A DNA stretch of 64,000 bases. Origin: a bacterium. Lineage in GTDB: Bacteria; UBA8248. Positions within the stretch are counted from its first letter, which is position 1. Each line of letters opens with the position of its first letter. Below are positions 27,411 through 37,080 of this stretch, in pieces. The notes under the pieces are model-generated. The model had not been told where the DNA came from. It worked only from the letters and a program-made list of their open reading frames with translations, and searched no databases. A program made the position numbers and the translations under genes. Location of the stretch: contig OZ244799.1 in NCBI GenBank assembly GCA_965219955.1, positions 1,056,001 through 1,120,000 on the forward strand, in the 5' to 3' direction.

Positions 27411-28352
27411 ATGAGTGGTCCCCGGTTCAAGATTCCCTCCACCAACACGCTGCTCGCCTTCGAGGCGGTCGCCCGGCTCGGCAGCGTCGGCCGCGCCGCT
27501 GAGGAGCGCAGCACGTCGCAATCGGCGATCAGCCGTCACCTGAGCAATCTGGAGGACGCGCTCGGCGTGATGCTGTTCGAGCGTTCGGGCCGGGGAATCG
27601 CGCTGAACCGGAGCGGCGAAAAGTATTTTCTCGCCGTCCAGTCGGCGATGGGCACCCTGCAAGACACCGCTCACGGGCTTCACAACCGCAAAACCGGCCT
27701 GACCATCGGATGCACCCTGGATATCTCGGGTCTGTTGCTGCCGCCGATCTTTTCCAGGCTGAAGCGGTCCCTGGGCGATGGCGTCGCGGCCCGGATTGTG
27801 GTCTACGACTTCGACATACTGTCCATGCAGATACCTGTGGGCCTCGACATTATCTTCGAGTCTTCGGTTGGTGCGCCGCACCCTAACGAGAATGCGGTCA
27901 AGGTCCTGGATGAGGAAATCGTGCCGGTGGCCTCGCCCTCCTTCCTGGAACGGTTCGAGCCGGTGCTGGCCGGACCGCCGCAATGCTGGTCGGGGGTGCC
28001 GCGCCTGGACATCGGTCTGCCCAGCCCGGGCTGGGCGACCTGGGATACCTGGTTCGACGAACATGGCTGCGCGCCCCCGGACGCACCGGTCGAGACTTTC
28101 GAGAACTACATCCATCTGCTGCGGGCGGCGGCCGACGGCGACGGCATCGCTATCGGCTGGAACGGATTCCTGACCGATTACACCGAAGCGGGGCAACTTG
28201 TGGCCGTCCGGAACGAGTGGCTGCGAACCGGGCTCAGCATGTACGGCGTTCCCACGCCAAACGGCAAGCGCAACCCCGCTTCGAAGGACTGCCTGCGGGA
28301 GCTTGGTCGGCTGATCGGGGAGCTTTGCAGCCGCGGGCCCGTGACGAAATGA
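27411..28352 (+). CDS. LysR-family transcriptional regulator (GcvA-like)
   Basis: LLAFEAVARLGS...AAEE...SQSAISRHLSNLEDALGVMLFER HTH; AADGDGIAIG. Confidence 0.9.
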   Translation: MSGPRFKIPSTNTLLAFEAVARLGSVGRAAEERSTSQSAISRHLSNLEDALGVMLFERSGRGIALNRSGEKYFLAVQSAMGTLQDTAHGLHNRKTGLTIGCTLDISGLLLPPIFSRLKRSLGDGVAARIVVYDFDILSMQIPVGLDIIFESSVGAPHPNENAVKVLDEEIVPVASPSFLERFEPVLAGPPQCWSGVPRLDIGLPSPGWATWDTWFDEHGCAPPDAPVETFENYIHLLRAAADGDGIAIGWNGFLTDYTEAGQLVAVRNEWLRTGLSMYGVPTPNGKRNPASKDCLRELGRLIGELCSRGPVTK

Positions 28353-28585
28353 GTCGTGGGCGGCTTTGTATTCCGGTGCAGCGGCGGCGGAATGGAATGG
28401 GATGATGCTTCGAAGACCGGCGCTGCGTGTCTGTCGCCCTCAGACGGGCGAGGAACGTGAATTCGGGAACTGTCCTCGGCCTTGCCGTGGTAACGGCAAG
28501 CCAATCCGGCAAAATAGCGCAATTCCCCGCATTTGGCGTCACGGCGCGCCACGGGCGTTACGCTAGAGTCGATTCCGGTTGATGA

Positions 28586-29083
28586 GGGGCTGTTGGAAAA
28601 GCCCTCTCGGGGGCATCGCTTTTGCCCCCCCTTGTCGGGGTTGTTGAAAAACCCCTGTATGCGTCCACTGGAAACCGCCGACGCCTCTTTCCTCACCCTG
28701 AGTAGCCGCCAAAGGCGGCGTATCGAAGGGCGAGGGGCTCGCGCCGTGGCGAGAGGGCATCCTTCGATACGGCGCTTACGCGCCTACTCAGGATGAGGGG
28801 TGTCGGGGAACAGTGGAGCCTGTCCCGAGCGAAGTCGAGGGGCCGCTACTCAGGATGAGGCGATGTGGTTTTGTTCGTCATTCCGGTGCCGGAACCGACC
28901 AATTGCTTTGTCGTTGCTTTTTCTTTTCTGATTGATTCCCGCCAATGACGGGGAGATGAAAAGCCGGAGTATTGCCATTCTGCTCGGCACTGGATTCCGG
29001 CTTTCGCGGGAATGACGGTCAAAACCCGAAACCGATCGGAGGCAGAGGCGTCACTTCCTCCTTGATGGGGTTTTCAAGGCCCC
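28586..29083. mobile_element. TIR-bounded composite repeat element with apparent target-site duplication
   Basis: GGGGCTGTTGGAAAA ... TTTTCAAGGCCCC, flanked by GATGA at 28581-28585 and 29084-29088; second left TIR at 28637; same internal modules as the 6323 copy. Confidence 0.7.
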
Positions 29084-29390
29084 GATGAATGAGGGTTTGA
29101 CGCAGCGGCCAGACCTCTCCACGGGGGCGAGGCGGCGCTTCAGCCGGGCCGGTCGGAACCGTGCGGGTTTCATGAGGGAGGTTTTTTGATGGAAAAGGCA
29201 ATCTCAGGTGTTGTTCTGGTTCATGCGAAGCGGGAAGGGCGGGTCAATCCTTCCCGGCGGGCGAACGCGCGAACTCCCTCGAATCGGTCGAACCCCTCGA
29301 ACTACGAGCAACCCGGCGAACAGGGCGAGGCGATGAAGCCCTCAGTTCCCTTCGGTGACGCGCAAACGCCAATCGCTCCTTCGTCAGTCG

Positions 29391-29550
29391 CGATTAACCG
29401 GTAAAATACGATAAATATAGATAAATATCGGTAAATTACCGAAAATATTTTTGGATTGAATGAACATTGTATTTTGCTATAATTTAACCGTTTGTCGGAT
29501 GATATTAAAGTAATACATTATATAATTATCGAAATTTATCGAATTAAAAA
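29391..29550. other. AT-rich block with ~10-bp periodic degenerate repeats
   Basis: gtaaaatacg/ataaatatag/ataaatatcg/gtaaattacc and tataattatc/gaaatttatc/gaatt. Confidence 0.7.
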
Positions 29551-29583
29551 CTTTTTTTCGGACCCCGCAATTCCCCGCATTTG

Positions 29584-30687
29584 CTACGCGAAGCGCATCG
29601 GGTCATAAGGCGCGGGATCGATCGGGGGGGCGTCTCCCAGATAGAGCGCGGTGGCCAGCCTCACGCTGGCGGGCGCAGGCCCGATGCCCGAAGGTCCGTG
29701 CCCGGTGCAGAAGTAGAGGCCATCGAGAGCGCCCTGGCCGATGAGGGGCAGGTAGTCCGATGAGGTGGGCCGGAAGCCGCTCCAGGTTTCCTCGATGGCG
29801 CACGAGGCGATTTCCGGGGCGATGCGGGTTCCCTCGCTCAGCAGCCATGAGAGGCCGCCCACGGTGAGCCTCGGGTCCTCGCCGGCGAACTCCCTCGTCG
29901 CGCCCAAAAGAACGCGGCCGTCTGCGCGGGGTACGAGGTAGGGGTCGTTCACGGTCATCACAACGCGCTCAAGCCCCAGCGCGCGGGCGTCCATGGCGAT
30001 CATCTGCCCGCGCTGGGGGGTGATGGGCGGCCGCGGGACGGCGCCGGGAACGCTGCGGCTGCCGGTGCCTGCGCAGATGAAGACGGCGGTCGCCTCGTGA
30101 ACGCCCGCATCCGTGCGGACGCCGGTGACTCTCGCATCGGCGCTCAGGATTTCCTCCACCGCGCATCCGGTGATGATCTCCACCCCCAGCCGCCTGCAGG
30201 CAATCTCGAGCGCAGGCCCCAGCTTTCTGACTTCGAGGTTTCCGCCCATGACCTGGAGCGCTCCCGCCAAATCATCCGAGAGGCAAGGTTCTTCGCTCTT
30301 CAGGACTTCGGGCGGCATCCATTCCGCCTCCCCCCACTCGCGCGCGCGGGCTTTTTCCTGTATGGACTCTGCTTCGGCCTCATCGAGGGCGATCAGCAAT
30401 ACGCCGTTGAGGCGGTATTCGATGTCCGTTCCGCTTTCCTCGGCGATAGCTTCCGCGAGTTGGGTCCAATCTTCATCCGAGTCGCTCCTGAGCCTCAAGC
30501 CCGGCAGACCGGCGATATCGGCGGAGCCGCTCGTCCCGTGGGCGGAGATGATGCCGGCGGAAGCCCAGGTGGCGCCCGCTCCGGGCCGGCCCTTTTCGAT
30601 GATGGTGACGCTCCTGCCCGTTTTGCGGAGCTCTCTGGCTATGAGGAGACCCATGATGCCGCCACCGATGATAATAACGTCGCGCAT
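29584..30687 (-). CDS. FAD-dependent oxidoreductase, glycine oxidase (ThiO)/DAO family
   Basis: IIGGGIMG, ATWASAG, PQRGQ, YLVPRADG, WSGFRP and TGHG motifs. Confidence 0.88.
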   Translation of the reverse strand: MRDVIIIGGGIMGLLIARELRKTGRSVTIIEKGRPGAGATWASAGIISAHGTSGSADIAGLPGLRLRSDSDEDWTQLAEAIAEESGTDIEYRLNGVLLIALDEAEAESIQEKARAREWGEAEWMPPEVLKSEEPCLSDDLAGALQVMGGNLEVRKLGPALEIACRRLGVEIITGCAVEEILSADARVTGVRTDAGVHEATAVFICAGTGSRSVPGAVPRPPITPQRGQMIAMDARALGLERVVMTVNDPYLVPRADGRVLLGATREFAGEDPRLTVGGLSWLLSEGTRIAPEIASCAIEETWSGFRPTSSDYLPLIGQGALDGLYFCTGHGPSGIGPAPASVRLATALYLGDAPPIDPAPYDPMRFA

Positions 30688-30803
30688 GAAATGCCTTTCT
30701 ATGTATTCCATCTGTTGGATGGTCTGAGTGGCCTTGCTGATGAGGTTATATCATGGAGATTCGGCCCTGCCGCAAGCGGGGGAGATCCATATCAGCAGAC
30801 AAA

Positions 30804-30833
30804 AAAACGACGGCCCGGGTGAGCCGTCGTTTT
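30804..30833 (-). terminator. Intrinsic terminator after the cold-shock gene
   Basis: aaaacgacggc/gccgtcgtttt stem with a U-tract on the minus strand. Confidence 0.75.
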
Positions 30834-30850
30834 GATTTTTTTGATGAGGG

Positions 30851-31066
30851 TTATTCTTCGGAGTCACCCCCTTTTGTGACGTTGGCCGCCTGAAGCCCTT
30901 TCGGGCCTTGGACAATTTCGAAGTTCACGTTCTGTCCTTCCTCCAGGGTTTTGAAGCCCTCTCCCTGGATGGCGGAGAAGTGAACGAAAACGTCGTCACC
31001 ATCCGTCTGCGAAATGAAACCATAGCCCTTCGCGTCATTGAACCACTTTACTGTTCCTTCTGGCAC
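30851..31066 (-). CDS. Cold-shock protein (CspA family)
   Basis: [24 protein letters not shown] and [10 protein letters not shown]; GTG start with GGAG RBS. Confidence 0.95.
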   Translation of the reverse strand: MPEGTVKWFNDAKGYGFISQTDGDDVFVHFSAIQGEGFKTLEEGQNVNFEIVQGPKGLQAANVTKGGDSEE

Positions 31067-31279
31067 TTGCTGATCTCCTGCATATTTTGGAAATGGGTAG
31101 AGGTGAAACAGGTAGCGGCCTTTCACTTCAAGTACATTTCCAGAAAACACAATTTGGCCGCGCCTGCCGCAGCCTTATTAACTGCTTATCAGACTAAGCA
31201 TCGCCTTGCAACCTGTGAAATTCTTATGTAGCAGGTGGAAGGTGAATGTTCACGCACATTTCAGCCTATGGGAGAACTC

Positions 31280-31834
31280 ATGCCGATGACACGTTTGACC
31301 GAGACACCAATGGAACAGATGACGGATGCGCAAAGAAAACTCTATGAAAAAATCGCTTCCGGACCCAGAGGAGGTGTACGTGGCCCTTTTCTGGCGTGGC
31401 TGAAAAGCCCGGCTTATCTTGCAAGACTGGAAGAGACGGGGCGTTACCTGCGCTATGATACCCTTTTTGAACCCAGGCTGAGCGAGTTTGCGATTTTGAT
31501 CACCGCCCGGTTCTGGAGTTCGCAATATGAATGGTACGCTCATGAGCCTTTGGCCAGGAAGGGAGGCTTGTCTCCCGAGATCATCAAGGCGGTTCAGGAG
31601 AACAGGCGACCCGAAGAAATGGCCGCCGATGAGGAAGCAATCTATGATTTTTGCACTGCATTGCACGAAAATCACTTCGTGAGCGGTGACGTTTACCAGA
31701 ATGCACTCGAACATTTCGGAGAGCGTGGGTTGGTCGAGTTAATCGGTCTTATTGGACATTATACGACTGTCTCGATGACGCTCAACGCATTTGAACTTCA
31801 GGTTCCGGAGGGAGAAGAAGCTCCGCTAAAGTAA
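31280..31834 (+). CDS. Carboxymuconolactone decarboxylase family protein
   Basis: GPRGGVRGPF, EFAILITARFW, YEWYAH and FGERGLVEL motifs. Confidence 0.85.
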   Translation: MPMTRLTETPMEQMTDAQRKLYEKIASGPRGGVRGPFLAWLKSPAYLARLEETGRYLRYDTLFEPRLSEFAILITARFWSSQYEWYAHEPLARKGGLSPEIIKAVQENRRPEEMAADEEAIYDFCTALHENHFVSGDVYQNALEHFGERGLVELIGLIGHYTTVSMTLNAFELQVPEGEEAPLK

Positions 31835-31848
31835 AGAGGTCACTCGAC

Positions 31849-32604
31849 ATGCGACTAAAGGGAAAGACGGCTTTCATCACGGGAGCCTCTGTGGGAATTG
31901 GCTCCGCCATCGCAAGGCGTTTCGCCGAGGAAGGATGTTCACTATATTTGGCGGGTGGCAGGAACCAAAGAGCTTTGGAGTCGACCCTCGATTATTGCAA
32001 GTCCCAAGGAATATCGGCGGCCGGCGAGGGGATGGATTTGTCGAACCTGGCGAACGCCGCTCCTTTAATGGGTCGCGCACTAGGACACCTGAAGCGTCTC
32101 GATGTTTTGGTGAACTGCGCTGGAATCCGCTGCAATAAGCCTGTAGAAGAAGTCACATATGATGATGTGGTCGCACTCTTTCAAGTCAATGCGATGGCTT
32201 CGTTTCTTCTGAGTGGATTGGCAGCCAAGCACATGATCTCCAGGAAAAATGGTCAGATCATCAACATTGGCTCGACATCCGGCGAGGCGGGAGTACCAGA
32301 TAATTCCCTCTATTGCGCCACGAAAGGGGCCATGCACCTGATGACGAAGGCGCATGCCGCCGAACTCGGGCCCAAAGGGATTCGGGTGAATGCGATAGCT
32401 CCGGGAACGACTTTGAGTGAGGGGACGAAACATCGCGTGGAAACGCAAGCGGATAGACGAGAGAAACTGATGAGTAATATACCTTTGGGACGATTTGCTG
32501 CTCCGGAAGAAATCGCCGATTGCGCTGTTTTCTTGGCTTCTGGTGAAGCGTCATACATGAACGGGTCGATCATTCTGGTTGATGGAGGCCGATTGTGCCA
32601 ATGA
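31849..32604 (+). CDS. SDR-family oxidoreductase
   Basis: TGASVGIG, VNCAG, YCATK and RVNAIAPG motifs. Confidence 0.92.
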   Translation: MRLKGKTAFITGASVGIGSAIARRFAEEGCSLYLAGGRNQRALESTLDYCKSQGISAAGEGMDLSNLANAAPLMGRALGHLKRLDVLVNCAGIRCNKPVEEVTYDDVVALFQVNAMASFLLSGLAAKHMISRKNGQIINIGSTSGEAGVPDNSLYCATKGAMHLMTKAHAAELGPKGIRVNAIAPGTTLSEGTKHRVETQADRREKLMSNIPLGRFAAPEEIADCAVFLASGEASYMNGSIILVDGGRLCQ

Positions 32605-32641
32605 TCGTGGTCCAGAGCTTGGTTTTCGGGAAAGGTTTGTT

Positions 32642-33640
32642 ATGACGAATCGCCTCGGGTTTTGGCTTCTCACGTTTGCGGACATTTCCTTTGAGGGGCT
32701 GGGAGAGGTTTCCAGGCTTGGTGAGGAATTGGGATATGATCGTGTTTATACGACAGAATCTTTGACGGACACCCTTGCCATCAATCAGTTGATGGCGTCA
32801 TACACATCCAAAATTGAGATAGGAAGTTCGGTCGCCATCATTTATTTGCGCCATGCCTCTATGGCGGCTCAAGGCGCGGTGGCGATCAACGAAATCTCCG
32901 GCGGCCGCTATATTTTGGGTCTCGGACTTGGGCACCCGCCCCGAATCAAGGCGATGGGGATACAACCCGGAAACCCTCTCGATGATATGCGAAAATATGT
33001 GAGTGAGGTTAAAGGTGTATTGGAAGGTGAGTCGGTGTATCCTCTTCCTGTTCAGACTTACCAGGGAGAGGAGTTGAAATTCAGGCGCTCAAACTATCCC
33101 GTCCGTATTTACATAGCAGCCGTCGGTCCCAAGATGACAGAGCTTGGCGGAGAAATAGCCGATGGATTGTTGCCGTATATGGTTCCACTTTCAAGAATGG
33201 ATGCTTATTTGGAAGCGAGAGATGCAGGAGCGAAACGAGCGGGCAGAAAGCCTCGTGATGTAGAAATTGATCTTGGAATACATACTTTTTTGTGTGATGA
33301 CCTCGCCTTTGCGAGAGAAACTGCCCGCCAAACGTTGACATATTGGCTTGGGCTTCCCGCGTACAACAAATCAATTCGGGAAAGCGGCTATGAACAAGAG
33401 GCGGAATCCATAAAACGAGCCTTCGAACAAGGTGATCAACAAGCTTTGAGAGATGGGATAACTGACGCCATCATCGATGAGTTTTGCCTTGTCGGCCCGC
33501 CTGAGAGATGCCGGGAACGCTTGGCCGCTTTCCGGGATGCCGGGGTGGATATGCCAGCATTGATGATAGACCCTGTGTTAGCTGGAGAGAGTTATCAAGA
33601 AGCAGTCGAACGCACGCTAATAGCCCTGGCCCCAAGGTAG
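32642..33640 (+). CDS. LLM-class oxidoreductase (F420/Mer-like subgroup)
   Basis: SGGRYILGLG, IYIAAVGPKM, GEIADG and GPPERCRERL motifs. Confidence 0.85.
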   Translation: MTNRLGFWLLTFADISFEGLGEVSRLGEELGYDRVYTTESLTDTLAINQLMASYTSKIEIGSSVAIIYLRHASMAAQGAVAINEISGGRYILGLGLGHPPRIKAMGIQPGNPLDDMRKYVSEVKGVLEGESVYPLPVQTYQGEELKFRRSNYPVRIYIAAVGPKMTELGGEIADGLLPYMVPLSRMDAYLEARDAGAKRAGRKPRDVEIDLGIHTFLCDDLAFARETARQTLTYWLGLPAYNKSIRESGYEQEAESIKRAFEQGDQQALRDGITDAIIDEFCLVGPPERCRERLAAFRDAGVDMPALMIDPVLAGESYQEAVERTLIALAPR

Positions 33641-33642
33641 AT

Positions 33643-34854
33643 ATGAACAACAACCCCAAGAATTCAGAAAAGCCATCCTTGCGCACTTTACCTTGGGCCG
33701 GAACAGGCCTTATTTTCTTTGCACATTTCGTGGTAGATAGCCAGGCGAATTTCTTCGCACCCCTTGCCCCATTATTAAAAGAAAAATTAGGACTCAGTAT
33801 CACGACAATCGGTTTTTTGATTTCTTGTCAGACAGTGAGTGGCTCTATCACGCAACCCATCACCGGTATCGTCATTGACAGGTGGCCTTGGTTACCTTGG
33901 CTAACCGTAGGCCTGGTCGGAAGCTCCATAGCTTTCACGGCGATTGGTTGGGTGACGAGTGTATATGGTTTGGCCGCTGCAGTAATCATGGGAGGAATTC
34001 TTTTTGGTCTGTGCCACCCGGATATGGCCGCGCGTGCGGGCAGGCTGAGTTCCGAGCATGCCGGATTTATTGTCAGCTTGTTCGTTACGGCGGGAAGGCT
34101 GGGTTTCGCCATTGGTCCGTTGATCGCCATTTTTATCGCAGAAATGATGGGGATGGAGCATTTGTGGGTGTTCATCCTTGTAGCGGTGCTCGCCATGGCG
34201 GGTGTGAAATTAGGGATGCCGGCTCCGCCCCAGAGAAAGAAAAAAAATTACGCAGAAGGCGGGCAAACGGGTTTGATAATAGCGCTTAAAAATGTACGAG
34301 GTCCTGTATTGCTCCTGTTCGGTATTGCGGTTGTGCGGGGGATGACCTTGATGAATTTATCGGGCTTTTTGCCCACGATATTTGTTGAAAGGGGCTTTGG
34401 GCTTTGGCGAGGTGGCATGGCTAACTCGATCATTTTTATCTCAGGAGCTATAGGCGTCATGCTCGGTGGTATTCTGGGTGACAGGTACGGGAAGCCTAAA
34501 GTGATTACAATCGGTGTTGGATGCGCCTTGGCCGGTATGTTGGTTTTTCAATTATCTTCCTTGGAATGGTCTTATATATCTCTTGCAATCATTGGTGCAG
34601 GGGCTTTTGTGCCGATGGGCGTATCGGTAGCCTTGGCCCAGGAGTATCTACCCGAGCACCGAGCTTTCGCAAGCTCATTGATACTGGGTGGTGGTACATT
34701 ATTGGCCGGATTAACAGCGCTCCCCCTTTCTATTCTTGGGGAAAGAATCGGAATGTTGAATGCTTTTTGGACGATTCCAGTCGTTTTGTTTGTGGGATTT
34801 GTTTTAGCTTTGTTATTGCTTAAACGACATCCTGAGCAGGAATCCATTGCCTGA
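33643..34854 (+). CDS. MFS transporter (Fsr-like)
   Basis: HFVVD, QPITG, CHP, GFAIGP and LGDRYG motifs; about 12 TM segments. Confidence 0.85.
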   Translation: MNNNPKNSEKPSLRTLPWAGTGLIFFAHFVVDSQANFFAPLAPLLKEKLGLSITTIGFLISCQTVSGSITQPITGIVIDRWPWLPWLTVGLVGSSIAFTAIGWVTSVYGLAAAVIMGGILFGLCHPDMAARAGRLSSEHAGFIVSLFVTAGRLGFAIGPLIAIFIAEMMGMEHLWVFILVAVLAMAGVKLGMPAPPQRKKKNYAEGGQTGLIIALKNVRGPVLLLFGIAVVRGMTLMNLSGFLPTIFVERGFGLWRGGMANSIIFISGAIGVMLGGILGDRYGKPKVITIGVGCALAGMLVFQLSSLEWSYISLAIIGAGAFVPMGVSVALAQEYLPEHRAFASSLILGGGTLLAGLTALPLSILGERIGMLNAFWTIPVVLFVGFVLALLLLKRHPEQESIA

Positions 34855-35081
34855 TCAAAGCAAGTCGAAACAGACTGGAAATTTCCTTGGAACGGTAAAT
34901 GGGGATGGATAGCTGGAGCGTAGAGGGATGCAATTATGCATGAAGATATGTTATGGTTTCTTCACACATCGAATTGATAGGAATAATGAGATTGAAATTA
35001 GCTCCCCGATAACGGGTTGCTCATCTTAGGGTTGCATTCTTGGATGCCTTCGGGCCAATGAATCTCAAGGAGGATAGTGTA

Positions 35082-36077
35082 ATGAAGGGAAGGAGTATTT
35101 GTTTCGTAGTTGCAATAACCATCGCGGCGGTATTGTCGGCTGCATATACAGCGAGTGCGGCGCCGTTCCGCATCGGCCACCACCGCTCTGTTATGGGGGC
35201 GGTCACCATCGTTGCTCATAAGATGGGCTACTATGATCAAACCATCGGCAAGGGAAAATACACCATTAAACAATTTCCGCAGGGCAAATTAATGCGTCAA
35301 GCGATTTTGGCGAACTCTCTTGACATTGGTGGCGCCGCCGACCGGGCTTTTTATTCAGCCATATCGAAAAGAGCGAATGCCCCTGGAGTCGGAAATGCAA
35401 ATTATTGGTGCAAAGCAAATAAAATTCTCACGTCTCCAAAATCACCTGTGAAAACCTTGCATGACTTGAAGGGCAAAAGACTTGGGGTAGGTAAAGCTAC
35501 GGGTACGTATTTCACGCTGACGACCTTCATTCTGCCGGAATATGGTTTATCCGTGAAAGACTTCACGACCGTGAACATGAACAACGATACCCGCATGGCG
35601 GCGCTTAAATCCCGGACGGTGGATATGATAGCTTTGAATAACCCGCAGGCTGCTATTGCCATCGACAGGGGATATGCCCGCACAGTGGAAACTTTTTGCA
35701 AATATGCAAACAACCTGTGGATTTTAATGGCCAATGGAAAAACCCTCAAGAAAGATAGAGATGTTTATACGAAGTTTTTGAGAGGATTCATTCGTGGCAT
35801 GAAATTGCACAGAGACAATCGCGATAAGTTTGCACGTGTATACCTGAACCACTTGCAATCGAAAGGTTCGAAGATCAAGCTTAAAATAGTGAAAGCCTCT
35901 GTAAACGATCTGACTTTTGGCCTTCTCCCATCAGAGGCGGATTACAAATGGTTTGATCACATGGGTAAAGTTCTTCTGCAAAAACGCAAAGCGAAACGAA
36001 CAGTGGATCTTCGTAAGGAAGGCATGGATCTAAGCATGGTGAAAGAGGCCATCGCAGCTGAAGGATGGAAAAATTAG
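35082..36077 (+). CDS. ABC substrate-binding protein (SsuA/TauA/NMT1 type)
   Basis: Signal peptide; SPVKTLHDLKGKRLGV motif. Confidence 0.8.
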   Translation: MKGRSICFVVAITIAAVLSAAYTASAAPFRIGHHRSVMGAVTIVAHKMGYYDQTIGKGKYTIKQFPQGKLMRQAILANSLDIGGAADRAFYSAISKRANAPGVGNANYWCKANKILTSPKSPVKTLHDLKGKRLGVGKATGTYFTLTTFILPEYGLSVKDFTTVNMNNDTRMAALKSRTVDMIALNNPQAAIAIDRGYARTVETFCKYANNLWILMANGKTLKKDRDVYTKFLRGFIRGMKLHRDNRDKFARVYLNHLQSKGSKIKLKIVKASVNDLTFGLLPSEADYKWFDHMGKVLLQKRKAKRTVDLRKEGMDLSMVKEAIAAEGWKN

Positions 36078-36094
36078 CCTTTTCTTTGAGATAG

Positions 36095-36139
36095 AATAAA
36101 AGAGCCGCGGCCAGCAACACCGGCCGCGGCTCTTTTATT
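36095..36139. terminator. Bidirectional intrinsic terminator
   Basis: aataaaagagccgcggcc/ggccgcggctcttttatt stem between convergent genes. Confidence 0.85.
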
Positions 36140-36213
36140 TTGCTCTGCTGAATTAGGAATCAGCGATTTCGTATCACCTGATCGTTTGTTCGTGTCGGTG
36201 GATGTAAGAAAAG

Positions 36214-36876
36214 TTAGGGTTGTTTGACGACCCGAATATATGGAAGCGGCGATTCCCAACCCTCCGGGTATTTCTTTTTCGCATCCTCATCGGAAACGGC
36301 TGGTAAAATAATCACGTCTTCACCCTGCTGCCAGTTCGCCGGAGTCGCCACCTGTTCACTAGCCGTCAACTGGCAGGAGTCAAGCAGTCTCAGGATTTCG
36401 CTGAAATTCCGGCCTGTGCTCATCGGATAGGTGAGCGTCGCCTTGATTCTCTTGTCCGGGCCGATGACGAAAACCGAGCGTGCCGTCGCATTATCAACGG
36501 CCGTCCGACCCTCCGAAGTGTCGCCCGCATCGGCGGGCAGCATGTCGTAGGCCTTGACGATCGAAAGCTCGGGGTCGCCAATCAGGGGATAATTCACGGC
36601 ATGGCCTTGAGAACTTTCGATGTCTTTCGACCATTTTTCGTGATCGGAAACCCCGTCGACGCTGATACCAATCACCTTGCAGTTTCTTTTGTCGAATTCC
36701 GGCTTGAGCCCGGCCATTGTCCCGAGTTCTGTGGTGCAGACGGGTGTAAAATCCTTCGGGTGTGAAAATACAACGGCCCAACCTTCTCCAATCCATTCAT
36801 GAAAATTGATGGAGCCTTGCGTCGTGTCAGCTGTAAAATCTGGTGCTTCATCATTGATTCTTAGAGTCATTTTCAT
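36214..36876 (-). CDS. 1-Cys peroxiredoxin (Prx6)
   Basis: SHPKDFTPVCTTE, YPMSTGRNF and VATPANW motifs. Confidence 0.95.
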   Translation of the reverse strand: MKMTLRINDEAPDFTADTTQGSINFHEWIGEGWAVVFSHPKDFTPVCTTELGTMAGLKPEFDKRNCKVIGISVDGVSDHEKWSKDIESSQGHAVNYPLIGDPELSIVKAYDMLPADAGDTSEGRTAVDNATARSVFVIGPDKRIKATLTYPMSTGRNFSEILRLLDSCQLTASEQVATPANWQQGEDVIILPAVSDEDAKKKYPEGWESPLPYIRVVKQP

Positions 36877-36945
36877 CTCCTTGCATTAAGGATAAAAGAA
36901 ATCTACGAATTCCTCTGCGCTAGATTTAAACTCGTAAGAATGAAG

Positions 36946-37019
36946 TGGCTGGGGGAGGAGGATTCGAACCTCCGTACCCAGATCCAGAGTCTGGTGTCCT
37001 GCCGCTAGACGATCCCCCA
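36946..37019 (-). tRNA. tRNA-Gln(CTG)
   Basis: Minus strand TGGGGGATCGTCTAGCGGCAGGACACCAGA-CTCTGGA-TCTGG...GGTTCGAATCC...CCCCAGCCA, with encoded CCA. Confidence 0.95.
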
Positions 37020-37033
37020 AAAAGACCTAGATG

Positions 37034-37062
37034 TTTATATGTATGAGTTCTTTATTCGTCAA
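37034..37062 (-). promoter_or_regulatory. Sigma70 promoter of tRNA-Gln
   Basis: Minus strand TTGACG-17 nt-TATAAA. Confidence 0.65.
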
Positions 37063-37080
37063 GGACGATGTGGAAGTGAT

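Noticed and set aside
29391-29550. oriC
   Set aside because: AT-rich, but no TTATCCACA DnaA boxes and no dnaA/gid context
36946-37019. tRNA-Gln as an island integration site
   Set aside because: No duplicated tRNA 3' end and no integrase found in the window
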